Shown here piece after piece: positions 1-8,732 of a stretch of DNA of 56,527 nucleotides; position 1 is the stretch's first letter; each line of letters begins with the position of its first letter. The stretch is from positions 1-56,527 of the forward strand of contig PLPK01000035.1 of assembly GCA_003159795.1 (NCBI GenBank), in the 5' to 3' direction. A model generated the notes under the pieces. It saw only the letters and a list, made by a program, of their open reading frames with translations. It was not told the DNA's origin and ran no database searches. Position numbers and translations under genes: made by a program. The stretch is from Acidimicrobiaceae bacterium. GTDB taxonomy: Bacteria; Actinomycetota; Acidimicrobiia; Acidimicrobiales; Bog-793.

Positions 1-83
1 TCGGCGAGATCTGTCATCGCGATCGCGACCGAATCGGGCACGATCATCGCGGCGGCTGTCTGTGTCTGGTAGTTCTTCTCCAT
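1..83 (-). CDS. IS256-family transposase, N-terminal fragment (truncated by window edge)
   Basis: ATG at 83 after AAGGGGA RBS; MEKNYQTQTAAAMIVPDSVAIAMTDLA resembles the N-termini of actinobacterial IS256 transposases. Not in the ORF track. Confidence 0.65.
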   Translation of the reverse strand, partial: MEKNYQTQTAAAMIVPDSVAIAMTDLA

Positions 84-197
84 GGTGGTGGTCCCCTTGC
101 TGTCCGAGTGACTTGGTGGTCGCCCGAACACCTACCAGAAGGCAGGCGTCAGGCGGGGGACCGCCACCTCAAATTCCACGACGAACGGGACAACCTC
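1..197 (-). mobile_element. IS256-family insertion sequence, left end (runs off window start)
   Basis: Minus strand starts GAGGTTGTCCCGTTCGTCGTGGAATTTG at 197, resembling the terminal IR of actinobacterial IS256-type elements as I recall it, and is followed by a transposase-like N-terminus. Confidence 0.7.
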
Positions 198-251
198 CCC
201 GCTTGCGCTTGACCACTCAGCCGATCCCCAGCAGGGTCCGCTAGGTTTCCG

Positions 252-956
252 GTGATGGTTCGCGTGCGCCGATGGCGGGTTCTCTTCGTCTCACTCGGCG
301 CGACCGCACTCGTGATGTCAACCGCCCTCGGCGCGGCCGCGTCTGCGCCCACGCCGACGAGCTCCGTGCTGAAGGCCGCGAAAGCGGCAATATCGAGACA
401 GACGGGCGTTCACGTGGTGGTCTCCGCGAAATCCGGCTCTTCCTCGATGCTCTTCATCCTCGATCTCGGCACGAAGAGCGGTGAGGAGACCGCGTCAGAG
501 GGCAAGGAGAGGCTCACCATTAAGCTGACCCCGACCGGCGCTTACGTCGCCGGGAACTCCTCCGGACTAACGGCCTCTGGTCTGACCGCGGCACAGGCGA
601 AGAAGGTCGGCAAGGACTGGCTCTCCGTGCCGGCCGGTACGCGCGAGTACGCCGCAATGAAGGCCGGCCTCACGGTTTCTTACGTCGCGGGCTTTCTCCC
701 GGTGGCCAAGGGTACGACCTTGTCCACAACCATCACCGATGGTGTTCACCTGTACGTCCTCAAGTGGACGACCGCGGCCACGAGTTCCACACGGAAGCTG
801 TCGCACACGATGACCATCTCAGCCGTGGGAGCGACCCTGCCAGTAGAGCTAATCACGACCGTCTCAAGCGCCTCTGGTACGACAAAGTTCTCGAAGTGGG
901 GCGAGCACGTCGCCGTGAGCGCGCCGCCGGTCGCCTCAACGATCTCCCTCTCCTAG
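252..956 (+). CDS. Secreted hypothetical protein (LppX/LprAFG-like beta-rich fold possible)
   Basis: 234-aa ORF with basic N-terminus plus hydrophobic signal peptide and a C-terminal FSKWGEHVAVSAPP motif; ATG at 255 is an alternative start. Confidence 0.75.
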   Translation: MMVRVRRWRVLFVSLGATALVMSTALGAAASAPTPTSSVLKAAKAAISRQTGVHVVVSAKSGSSSMLFILDLGTKSGEETASEGKERLTIKLTPTGAYVAGNSSGLTASGLTAAQAKKVGKDWLSVPAGTREYAAMKAGLTVSYVAGFLPVAKGTTLSTTITDGVHLYVLKWTTAATSSTRKLSHTMTISAVGATLPVELITTVSSASGTTKFSKWGEHVAVSAPPVASTISLS

Positions 957-1431
957 GCCACGAGCTGAGAGATCCCCAGCCTTAGGGACTGAGACCCGGG
1001 GGCTTGGCCTGCCCTCTATCGCCGGGTCGATGGGCCAACTTCTGGCCCCCCGGAGCGTCAAGTGATTGCTGTCGCGAGCAGCACACCCGCCGATTTCCGA
1101 AGAGCCAGCAAAGAGGACGAACCCAGCATTGCTCGATCGGAGATCAACGAGCTGCCTGCGTCCATTCGCGAGCTGCTTGCCAACCCCGATGCTGGGGCCA
1201 ACGAACCGCTTCGGTGCAGAGATCGCGAATCGAGACGCTGCCAGGTGTTCGTCAACCCCCGGGTCAGCCTGGAGCCTCCCCCGGTGGATAGTGGCAGTCG
1301 ACGTTGACAGAGACCATCGGAATCGCCCCAACGTCGAGAGGACGAGGAGCAGCACAGATCCCCCAGATTCTCCCACGATAGGTTGTGGAGCCCTTCACCC
1401 CGATCTGTCCACCTGGCGCGACAGGATTTAG

Positions 1432-1505
1432 TGGGCGCTGACGGACTCGAACCGCCGACCTGCTCGTTGTAAGCGAGCTGCTCTGACCACCTGAGCTAAG
1501 CGCCC
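1432..1505 (-). tRNA. tRNA-Val(TAC)
   Basis: Full cloverleaf: GGGCGCT/AGCGCCC acceptor, GCTCG-CTTACAA-CGAGC anticodon arm, GGTTCGAGTCC T-arm; CCA not encoded. Confidence 0.97.
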
Positions 1506-1598
1506 GTTACGCGTTCGGCGCGCCCACCGCCTGCAGTTCTCACCGGCGACCGATTGGTTGCGCCCGGCAATTGTCGCACCTGGATCGAGTCCGTCGCC

Positions 1599-2219
1599 CT
1601 AGGGGCTCTCCGAACCCGGCGCATCGAAGGCGTCAACCGTGACCGATCCCCCACAGGGCGTCATCGTGACGGGGACGGCCAGCGCCTCACCTGTCCCGGG
1701 GATCGCGACGTCGACCGAGGCGACCGTCGAGCATCCCACTCCCCCGACCGGGACGTCGTTGATGACCACTATGAACTCAGCCGTCCCGTCACTCGCCAGC
1801 GTCACGAGACCCGGCGCTTCGCCCCCATCCATCGACGTGATCGAAAGCTTCGGCCCCGCGCCAGCCCCGGAAGCGCCGGATGGGCCAAAGAACTCGAGTG
1901 AGGGGAAGCCTTCGAGCGTGCAGCGCGTCGGACCCCGGTTGGTGAGGGTGAACACGATGTAGGACGTGCCGGCGGCAACACCACCCGGCGCGGCCGTGAT
2001 GCCGAGCAAGCCCGTCGAACAAGTCGTCTCGACGGACGTCGTCGGCACAGTGCTCGTCGAACTCGTCGAGGTGGAAGTCGGCGTCGACGTGGACGTCGAA
2101 GTCGGCGGCGCGTGGTGGTGGGTCACCGGCTTGGGTGAGGACGAACAGGCACCGAGAACGGCACCCCCTGCCAGCACGACGGCCAGCAGCAGTGCGCGCC
2201 GGCCGGCCAGATGACCCAC
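1599..2219 (-). CDS. DUF4232 domain lipoprotein with Ser/Thr linker
   Basis: Lipobox LGAC, S/T-rich linker, C...GVAAGTSYIVFTLTNRGPTRCTLEGFP motif; GTG at 2219 follows GGAGG. Confidence 0.85.
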   Translation of the reverse strand: MGHLAGRRALLLAVVLAGGAVLGACSSSPKPVTHHHAPPTSTSTSTPTSTSTSSTSTVPTTSVETTCSTGLLGITAAPGGVAAGTSYIVFTLTNRGPTRCTLEGFPSLEFFGPSGASGAGAGPKLSITSMDGGEAPGLVTLASDGTAEFIVVINDVPVGGVGCSTVASVDVAIPGTGEALAVPVTMTPCGGSVTVDAFDAPGSESP

Positions 2220-2238
2220 GATTGCCTCCCCTTCTCCT

Positions 2239-3492
2239 CTACGGGAAGAGGCCGCGCAACCGTGTCGCCTCGGCGACACGATCGAGACCCAACGCCACGG
2301 CGGCCCGGCGCAACGGCACCTTCAAGGCGGTCGATTTCTGCCAGGTCGCGTCGAACGCCCGCTCCATCGTCTCCCGGTGCCGGGTTGAGAACACACTGGA
2401 CTCCCAGGCGTAGCCCTGGCGGGCCTGGGCCCATTCGAAGTACGACGCGACCACGCCACCGGCGTTGGCGAGCACGTCGGGTACGACCGTGACCCCCCGC
2501 TCCTCGAGGATCGGGTCGGCCTCGGGTGTCGTCGGCCCGTTCGCCGCCTCGACGAGCACCTTGCCCCCGAACGACGAGGCCACCTCGGCGGTGACGGACC
2601 CGGCGAGTGCCGCCGGGACGGCGAGCTCACACTCAAGCGAGAAGAGGGACGCCGGATCGATCTCCTCGGCGTTGGCGAAGCCAGCGACCGTGCCGGAGCG
2701 CGCGAAGTGGTCGCCGAGGGCGGCGGGGTCGATCCCACCCGGGTTGTGGATTGCGCCGCCCACGTCAGCGACGGCGACGACGCGCACGCCGAGCGACGAG
2801 AGGAGGAAGACCAGGGGCGCACCGACCTTGCCATAACCCTGGATGACCGCCCGCGACCCGGTGATCGGCATGCCGAGCTCCCGGAATGTCGCCTGGGAGC
2901 AGAGCACCACGCCCGACGAGGTGGCGCCGACGTGGCCGGCGATCCCCCCGATGGCGATCGGCTTGCCGGTGACGACCCCGGGGGTCACGTTGCCCCGCAT
3001 CATCGAGACGGTGTCCATGATCCAGGACATCACCCGGGCGTCGGTGTTCACGTCCGGCGCCGGGACGTCGCGGTCCGGCCCGAGGAGCGAGGCGATGTCG
3101 AAGGCGTAGCGCCGCGTGAGCCGCTCGAGCTCGGCCTCCGAGAGCGACGCCGGATCGACGACCACGCCCCCCTTGGCGCCGCCGAACGGGATGTCGACGA
3201 CGGCGCACTTGATCGTCATGTCGGCGGCGAGCGCCATCACCTCGTGCACGTCGACGTCGGGATGGAACCGGATCCCGCCCTTGCCGGGCCCACGGGCCGT
3301 GCTGTGCTGGACCCGCCAGCCGGTGAAGATCTCGAGGTGCCCGTCGTCGCGGCGGATCGGGATCGCGACCTCGAGGATTCGTTCCGGCTTGACGATGATC
3401 TGGGTGAGCCCGTCCTCGAGCCCGAGCAGGCTCGCGGCGTCCTCGATCCGAGCGCTGATGGCGTCCCAGGAATCAGCACGCTCATCGGTCAT
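2239..3492 (-). CDS. gdhA: Glu/Leu/Phe/Val dehydrogenase (glutamate dehydrogenase)
   Basis: RGPGKGGIRFHP, PFGGAKGG, DVPAPDVNT, QGYGKVG, EAANGP, PDVLANAGGV motifs. Confidence 0.93.
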   Translation of the reverse strand: MTDERADSWDAISARIEDAASLLGLEDGLTQIIVKPERILEVAIPIRRDDGHLEIFTGWRVQHSTARGPGKGGIRFHPDVDVHEVMALAADMTIKCAVVDIPFGGAKGGVVVDPASLSEAELERLTRRYAFDIASLLGPDRDVPAPDVNTDARVMSWIMDTVSMMRGNVTPGVVTGKPIAIGGIAGHVGATSSGVVLCSQATFRELGMPITGSRAVIQGYGKVGAPLVFLLSSLGVRVVAVADVGGAIHNPGGIDPAALGDHFARSGTVAGFANAEEIDPASLFSLECELAVPAALAGSVTAEVASSFGGKVLVEAANGPTTPEADPILEERGVTVVPDVLANAGGVVASYFEWAQARQGYAWESSVFSTRHRETMERAFDATWQKSTALKVPLRRAAVALGLDRVAEATRLRGLFP

Positions 3493-3541
3493 GCAATCAC
3501 CTCGTCACCACAGCCACTCCTGCGAGCGTACCGCCGGGCCG

Positions 3542-4450
3542 TCAGGCGATGGACCCATCCGTGCGCATCTTGGGAACTGAGTTCCGATCTGAGAGCCGTT
3601 CGGCCTCGCGGGTCGACGAGATAAGCGGCGACTGGCTGAGCAGCAGCAGCGAGTAGAACATCAGGCCGAGGAAGAGCCCCTCGCCGATCGCCCGGGACCC
3701 CGTCGCGTGGACGTGGTCCCGGAACAGCCAGATGCCCATGACGATGCTGGAGAGCGGGTTCACGATGAGGAGCGCCGCCTGCGACGCGGCGACCGGACCG
3801 GCATCGAGGGCGTGCTGGGCGATGATGAGCCCGATGAGCCCGACAACGGCAACCGAGTATGCCGCGGGGTGCTCGAAAACGTAGACGACCCCGTGGGGCC
3901 ATTCGTTGGCGACGGTCTTGATGAACGCCGCCGTCAGCGCGAAGCAGATCCCAGCACTGACGCCGTACCAAGCGGCCCGCCACGAGCGGGGACCCCGCTG
4001 GGCGGCGACGGCACTGAGCGCGATGGCGCCCACCGCCGCGACCAGCAGCAGCATCCAGTCGTACTTCGACGGGTAGCTGTGGCCCTCCTTGGAGTAGCTG
4101 AGCCACAGGAAGAAGCCCAGCCCTATGGCGGTTCCGCACACCGCGGCCAGGTCGATCCATCGCAGCTGGTGGTGGAACCAGATGCCCAGGATGAGGACGA
4201 GGAAGACGATCTCCGAGACCATGATCGGCTGCACGGTTGACAGGTTCCCGAAGCTGAGGGCGACGGCCTGAAGAATGAAGCCCCCCGTCGTCAGTGCGAG
4301 GCCCGCGTACCAGATCGGCCGCTTCAGAACGCTGGCCATCAGGTGGTGGCTCCGCTTGCTGACCGGATGGGCGGCCTCGACACCCAGGCGCTGGAGAACC
4401 GTCGCGAACGCGTTCGCGCCCGCAGCAAGGAGAGCCAGCAGAAAGACCAT
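3542..4450 (-). CDS. DMT family transporter
   Basis: About 9 hydrophobic segments; LQAVALSFGNLSTVQPI motif. Confidence 0.85.
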   Translation of the reverse strand: MVFLLALLAAGANAFATVLQRLGVEAAHPVSKRSHHLMASVLKRPIWYAGLALTTGGFILQAVALSFGNLSTVQPIMVSEIVFLVLILGIWFHHQLRWIDLAAVCGTAIGLGFFLWLSYSKEGHSYPSKYDWMLLLVAAVGAIALSAVAAQRGPRSWRAAWYGVSAGICFALTAAFIKTVANEWPHGVVYVFEHPAAYSVAVVGLIGLIIAQHALDAGPVAASQAALLIVNPLSSIVMGIWLFRDHVHATGSRAIGEGLFLGLMFYSLLLLSQSPLISSTREAERLSDRNSVPKMRTDGSIA

Positions 4451-4458
4451 TTCGCCCG

Positions 4459-5169
4459 TTATAGCCGGTCGGCGCCGAACGGCGCGGATGCGACGGCGGC
4501 GGCCTCAACGACCCGCCCGACCGGAGCAACGGACCAGGTCAATCGGTGGATCGGGGTTGTGCCGAGGCGGGCGACGGCGAGGCGGTGCTCGAGCGACGCG
4601 TACCCCTTGTTGCGCTCGAACCCGTAGCCCGGATGGGTCCCGGCGGCCGCGATCATCAACCGGTCCCGGGTCACCTTGGCGAGTATCGAGGCCGCGGCGA
4701 CGACGACGCAGAGACGGTCGGCCCCGACGATGCACACCGCGCCCGGCGATCCCGTGAAGTCCCGCGACCCGTCGACGATGATCGCGTCCGGCACGACATC
4801 AAGCGCCTCGAGCGCCCGCGCCGCGGCAAGGCGCTGTGCTTCGGCCATGCCGAACGCGTCACATTCGGCGGCGCTGGCGTGTCCGATGGCGTGTCGCAGG
4901 ACGTGGCCTGCGATGGGAGCGAAGAGCCGCAGGCGCTGCGACGGTGACAGCAGCTTCGAGTCGCGCACTCCGGGCGGGAAGCCCGCGAGGCACTCGCCCG
5001 TCACGACCGTGACGCCGACCGTGAGCGGCCCCGCCCAGGCTCCGCGGCCAACCTCGTCGATCCCGGCGACCGTCCGGCACCCTTCCGCGACGAGCCGCGT
5101 CTCCATCCCGACCCCCGCGTCGCGGTTCGTCCGGTGGCGCACGGACGGGCCGGGGGGCCTCTCAGGCAC
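4459..5169 (-). CDS. rnhB: Ribonuclease HII
   Basis: GIDEVGRGAWAGP, RDSK, VDG, AAASILAKVTRD, NKGY motifs; start uncertain (GTG 5169 or ATG 5106). Confidence 0.95.
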   Translation of the reverse strand: MPERPPGPSVRHRTNRDAGVGMETRLVAEGCRTVAGIDEVGRGAWAGPLTVGVTVVTGECLAGFPPGVRDSKLLSPSQRLRLFAPIAGHVLRHAIGHASAAECDAFGMAEAQRLAAARALEALDVVPDAIIVDGSRDFTGSPGAVCIVGADRLCVVVAAASILAKVTRDRLMIAAAGTHPGYGFERNKGYASLEHRLAVARLGTTPIHRLTWSVAPVGRVVEAAAVASAPFGADRL

Positions 5170-6199
5170 GGCGGCCGCCGTCGCGGACCCGGTCGCTCCG
5201 GTTGGGGAGGTTCTCCACCTCCGACCGCGGTGCACGACGCATGAGCAGCGGGATCGCCTCCGAGGGAGGTCGGTTCCCGTAGCACACGGCGACGACCTGC
5301 TCGGCGACGGGAACCTCGACGTCGAGTTGACCCGCGAGGTCGACCACCGGTCGGCAGGTCTTCACCCCCTCGGCGACCATGCGGGTCCGGCCGATCACCT
5401 GCTCGAGCGACAGGCCCTGCCCGAGCGCGACGCCGACCGCGAAATTCCTACTCTTCAGGCTCGTGCAGGTCGCGACGAGGTCGCCGAGGCCCGCGAGGCC
5501 CGCGAACGTCGCCGGCTCCCCGCCGAGCGCGACACCGAGTCGGGTGAGTTCGGCGAGCGAGCGCGTGATCAGGGTGGCCCTCGTGTTGTCACCGAATCCG
5601 AGGCCGACCGACATGCCGCTCGCGATCGCCAGGACGTTCTTCACCGCGCCAGCGATCTCGCAGCCGATCACGTCTGGGTTCGTGTAGACGCGCAGGGTCT
5701 CGGTTACGAAGAGGTCTCGGATCTCGCCGGCAAGGCTCTCGTCGGCGAAGGCGACGACCGACGCAGTCGGTTGACCCTCGCACACCTCGGCTGAGAGGTT
5801 CGGACCCGTGAGCACCCCGACGGGGTGGCCGGGCCAGCACGCGTCGACGATCTCCGAGATCCGGGCCATGGTGCCCTCCTCGAGACCCTTCGAGAGGCTG
5901 AGCACCGGGACACCCGCCGGGACATCCCCTGCCGCCGCGCCGAGGACGGCGCGCACGCCATGACTCGGGAGCGCGATCACGACGAGCTCGGCACCACCGA
6001 GCGCCTCGGCGACCGACGAGGTCGCACGCAGTCGGTCCGACAAGGGGAAGTCCCCGAGATACGAGGAGTTCCTCCGTCGATCGCGTATCTCGGCGACCAC
6101 GGCCTCCGAACGCGCCCAGAGCGTCGTCGGTGTGCGAGCCGAGACGAGCGATGCGATCGTCGTCCCCCAGGAACCGGCGCCGAGCACGGCAACTCTCAT
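5162..6199 (-). CDS. gpsA: NAD(P)H-dependent glycerol-3-phosphate dehydrogenase
   Basis: GAGSWGT, SKGLE, GPN, GAVKNV, GLAGLGDLVATC, SRN, AEGV motifs. Confidence 0.97.
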   Translation of the reverse strand: MRVAVLGAGSWGTTIASLVSARTPTTLWARSEAVVAEIRDRRRNSSYLGDFPLSDRLRATSSVAEALGGAELVVIALPSHGVRAVLGAAAGDVPAGVPVLSLSKGLEEGTMARISEIVDACWPGHPVGVLTGPNLSAEVCEGQPTASVVAFADESLAGEIRDLFVTETLRVYTNPDVIGCEIAGAVKNVLAIASGMSVGLGFGDNTRATLITRSLAELTRLGVALGGEPATFAGLAGLGDLVATCTSLKSRNFAVGVALGQGLSLEQVIGRTRMVAEGVKTCRPVVDLAGQLDVEVPVAEQVVAVCYGNRPPSEAIPLLMRRAPRSEVENLPNRSDRVRDGGRRA

Positions 6200-6367
6200 C
6201 GAAACCTCACCGACAAGAGGTTCGGCGGCTGTGCGCGATGCCGACCATCTGAGACACGCTAATACCCGGTCCCGTCACGAACCCTCATCCACCCGCACCC
6301 GTACGACCCGCTCCAGGGTCGCACGAACTCAGGCGAACCACGACCGCACCGACCATAGACTGCCGCG

Positions 6368-6979
6368 GTGCGCGCAGTGCTTGTCCCGGTGAAGTCGTTC
6401 CGACTGGCCAAACTCCGGCTCGCGGGGGTGCTCAACGGGCAGGCGAGGAGGCGGCTCGCGCGCGAGCTCGCCGAGATCGTCCTGTCCGCCGCGCACGGCA
6501 CGCCCGTCTACGTCGTCTGCGACGACGGAGAGGTCGCGGACTGGGCGGTCAACCGGGGGGCGACGGCCCTCTACGCGCCGGGACTCGGCCTGTCGGCGGC
6601 CGTCGAGGCGGGTGTCAGACACCTCGCGGGGGAGGGGTTCTCTCTCGCCGTGGTCACCCACGCCGACCTTCCGCTCGTGAGCGACCTCTCCGGATTCGGG
6701 TCACCCTCCGAGGTGACGCTCGCGCCGGACCGCAGGCGCGACGGCACAAACGTCGCCGGGGTGCCGACCGAGGCCGGCTTCCGTTTCTCATACGGGCCGG
6801 GTTCGTTCGCCCGCCACCTTGGCGAGGCCGCGCGACTCGGCTTGCACTGCACAATCGTCGACGACCCGCGGCTGTCGTCCGACGTCGACCTACCGGTCGA
6901 CCTCGCGCTGATGTCGCGCCTCGTCGCGCAGCCACCCGCCACGACCACCGCGGAACCCACCAAGGACGAACAACAGTGA
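6368..6979 (+). CDS. cofC: 2-phospho-L-lactate/PEP guanylyltransferase (F420 biosynthesis)
   Basis: VPVKSFRLAKLRL, ADLP, PDRRRDGTN, YGPGSFARH, DVDLPVDL; divergent from gpsA as in other Actinobacteria. Confidence 0.93.
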   Translation: MRAVLVPVKSFRLAKLRLAGVLNGQARRRLARELAEIVLSAAHGTPVYVVCDDGEVADWAVNRGATALYAPGLGLSAAVEAGVRHLAGEGFSLAVVTHADLPLVSDLSGFGSPSEVTLAPDRRRDGTNVAGVPTEAGFRFSYGPGSFARHLGEAARLGLHCTIVDDPRLSSDVDLPVDLALMSRLVAQPPATTTAEPTKDEQQ

Positions 6980-7031
6980 GGCGGCGTTTGCGGCAGAAAC
7001 GACGCCGCACGGGACGGACGCAGCTCACGAG

Positions 7032-7760
7032 ATGACCACGAACCTTGCGACCCCGAAGCGCGCGCTCGCGATCGCCGCCCACGCGGACGACATCGAGTTC
7101 GGGTGCGGCGGCACGTTCGCGAAGTGGGCCCGCGACGGGTCCGAGATCTTCCATCTCATCTGCACCGACGGTTCCAAGGGCTCCTGGGATCCCACGACGG
7201 ACCCGGCTCGGCTCGTCGCCATGCGGCAGGCCGAACAACGCGCGGCGGCGCGCACCCTCGGCGGGTCGGCCGAGGTCGTCTTCCTCGGCTGGCCCGACGG
7301 CGAGCTCGAGCCCGGCCTGGCGCAACGAAGAGAGATCGCCCGCTGGATCCGGACGATCGCCCCCGACGTCGTCCTCGGCCACGATCCGTGGATGCATTAC
7401 CGGCTCCACCCCGACCACCGCGCGGCCGGCTTCCTCGTCACGGACGGTGTCGTCGCGGCGCGCGATCCCCTGTTCCTGTCGGACCTCGGTCTCCCACCGC
7501 ACCGACCGCGAACCGCTCTCCTGTTCGAAGCCGGCACGATCGACCACGTCGAGGACGTCTCGGCCACAATCGGGGTGAAGATCGCGGCACTGCTCCAGCA
7601 CCGCAGTCAGCTGCGATCAACAATGGCGATCCCGGACGAGGAGACGGACGGCGGTCCCAGGCTGGACGCGTTCCATGCGCGGGTGAGGAGCGAGGCCGCC
7701 GGAGTCGGAGCGCCCTACGGGTTTGCGGCGGGGGAAGGGTTCAAACTGCTCGAGCTATGA
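7032..7760 (+). CDS. PIG-L/LmbE family deacetylase
   Basis: AHADD, TDGSKGS, RQAEQRAAA, PDGEL, HPDH, HRSQ motifs. Confidence 0.92.
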   Translation: MTTNLATPKRALAIAAHADDIEFGCGGTFAKWARDGSEIFHLICTDGSKGSWDPTTDPARLVAMRQAEQRAAARTLGGSAEVVFLGWPDGELEPGLAQRREIARWIRTIAPDVVLGHDPWMHYRLHPDHRAAGFLVTDGVVAARDPLFLSDLGLPPHRPRTALLFEAGTIDHVEDVSATIGVKIAALLQHRSQLRSTMAIPDEETDGGPRLDAFHARVRSEAAGVGAPYGFAAGEGFKLLEL

Positions 7761-7809
7761 GCGACCCACTCTGAGTCCCGGCTTTCTCGCCAGGACCCAG
7801 AGTGGTCGC
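7761..7809 (-). terminator. Long hairpin between convergent PIG-L and hup genes
   Basis: GCGA-C-CCACTCTG-A-GTCC-C-GGC/TTTCTC/GCC-A-GGAC-C-CAGAGTGG-TCGC; the two A/C mismatches become G-U pairs only on the minus (hup) transcript. Confidence 0.7.
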
Positions 7810-7823
7810 GAAACACACCGCTT

Positions 7824-8465
7824 TCAGTGTCGTGCTGCTACTGAACGAGCCGAAGCCTTCCGGGCCGGAGCCTTCTTGGCCGGTGGACGCTTCGCAGGCC
7901 GCTTGCGTGCCGGTGCCCGCTTGGCAGGAGCCTTGCGCGCTGGCCGCTTCTTGGCCGGAGCCTTCTTGGCCGGAGCCTTCTTGGCTGGAGCCTTCTTGGC
8001 TGGAGCCTTCTTGGCCGGAGCCTTCTTCACAACCTTCTTCGCCGCGGCCTTCTTCACAACCTTCTTCGCCGCGACCTTCTTCACAACCTTCTTGGCAACA
8101 ACCTTCTTCGCTGCCTTCTTCGGCGCAGCCTTGCGTACGGGGGCGGCCTTCTTCGCGACCGGCGCGGGCGCCGGCTTCCGAAGAACGGCGCTCGAGTTCA
8201 GATCCGTCTTCAACTGGATACCGGGGGTGAACCCAATACCCTTCGACGCCTTGATGTGGACCGGAGCACCCGTTTGCGGATTTCGTCCGCGACGCGCTTT
8301 GCGCTCCCGCAGCTTGAATGTGCCAAAACCGGTGATACGGATTGGAACCCCCGTGCGCACGCCCCTGGTGATTTCGTAAACGAGCGAATCGAGCGCGGAT
8401 TCCGATTGCTGACGGGTCAGACCAGTGTCAACACTGATTGCACCGATCAGTTCGGTTCTATTCAC
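7824..8465 (-). CDS. hup: HU family DNA-binding protein with histone-H1-like PAKK tail (HupB-like)
   Basis: ITGFGTF, GRNPQTG; C-terminal KKAPA/KKVV repeats; GTG at 8465 with GGAGG RBS. Confidence 0.96.
   Translation of the reverse strand: MNRTELIGAISVDTGLTRQQSESALDSLVYEITRGVRTGVPIRITGFGTFKLRERKARRGRNPQTGAPVHIKASKGIGFTPGIQLKTDLNSSAVLRKPAPAPVAKKAAPVRKAAPKKAAKKVVAKKVVKKVAAKKVVKKAAAKKVVKKAPAKKAPAKKAPAKKAPAKKAPAKKRPARKAPAKRAPARKRPAKRPPAKKAPARKASARSVAARH
7860..8160 (-). repeat. 15-nt-period coding tandem repeats (KKAPA / KKVV) in hup tail
   Basis: GGAGCCTTCTTGGC(C/T) repeated in tandem and CCTTCTTCACAACCTTCTT repeated three times. Confidence 0.9.
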
Positions 8466-8732
8466 GGCCACCTCCTGTAAGTGTGTAGCCAATGCAATAA
8501 AAGGCGATTTGGCCGCGAATTGCAAGCACTCTCGGCCTCACAACACGCCACGACGCAGTTGCGCGACACGAAGTTCAACACATCGGATCTCGGTTCTCCA
8601 GTAGCCGCCTCGTATCCCCTATAACTAAAGGCTTCTGCGAACGCGCCGAATGCCACACACTGGAAACCCACCCGCGGGTGATCGGTAGGTGTTTCGTGAA
8701 CTCGCGCGTGCGACGATGCCTCCACGGCGTCG

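Noticed and set aside
936-1431. Several overlapping short ORFs near tRNA-Val
   Set aside because: No recognisable motifs or host-like codon pattern; possibly decayed sequence, not callable.
6195-6220. PafBC (RecA-NDp) promoter motif TTGTCGGTG upstream of gpsA
   Set aside because: No TAnnnT at the required spacing, and that position overlaps the start codon. I also saw no such motif before mobF, the T4CP or yhaO.
7860-8160. CRISPR-like repeat array
   Set aside because: The repeats are contiguous in-frame codon repeats with no unique spacers; no cas genes are present in the window.
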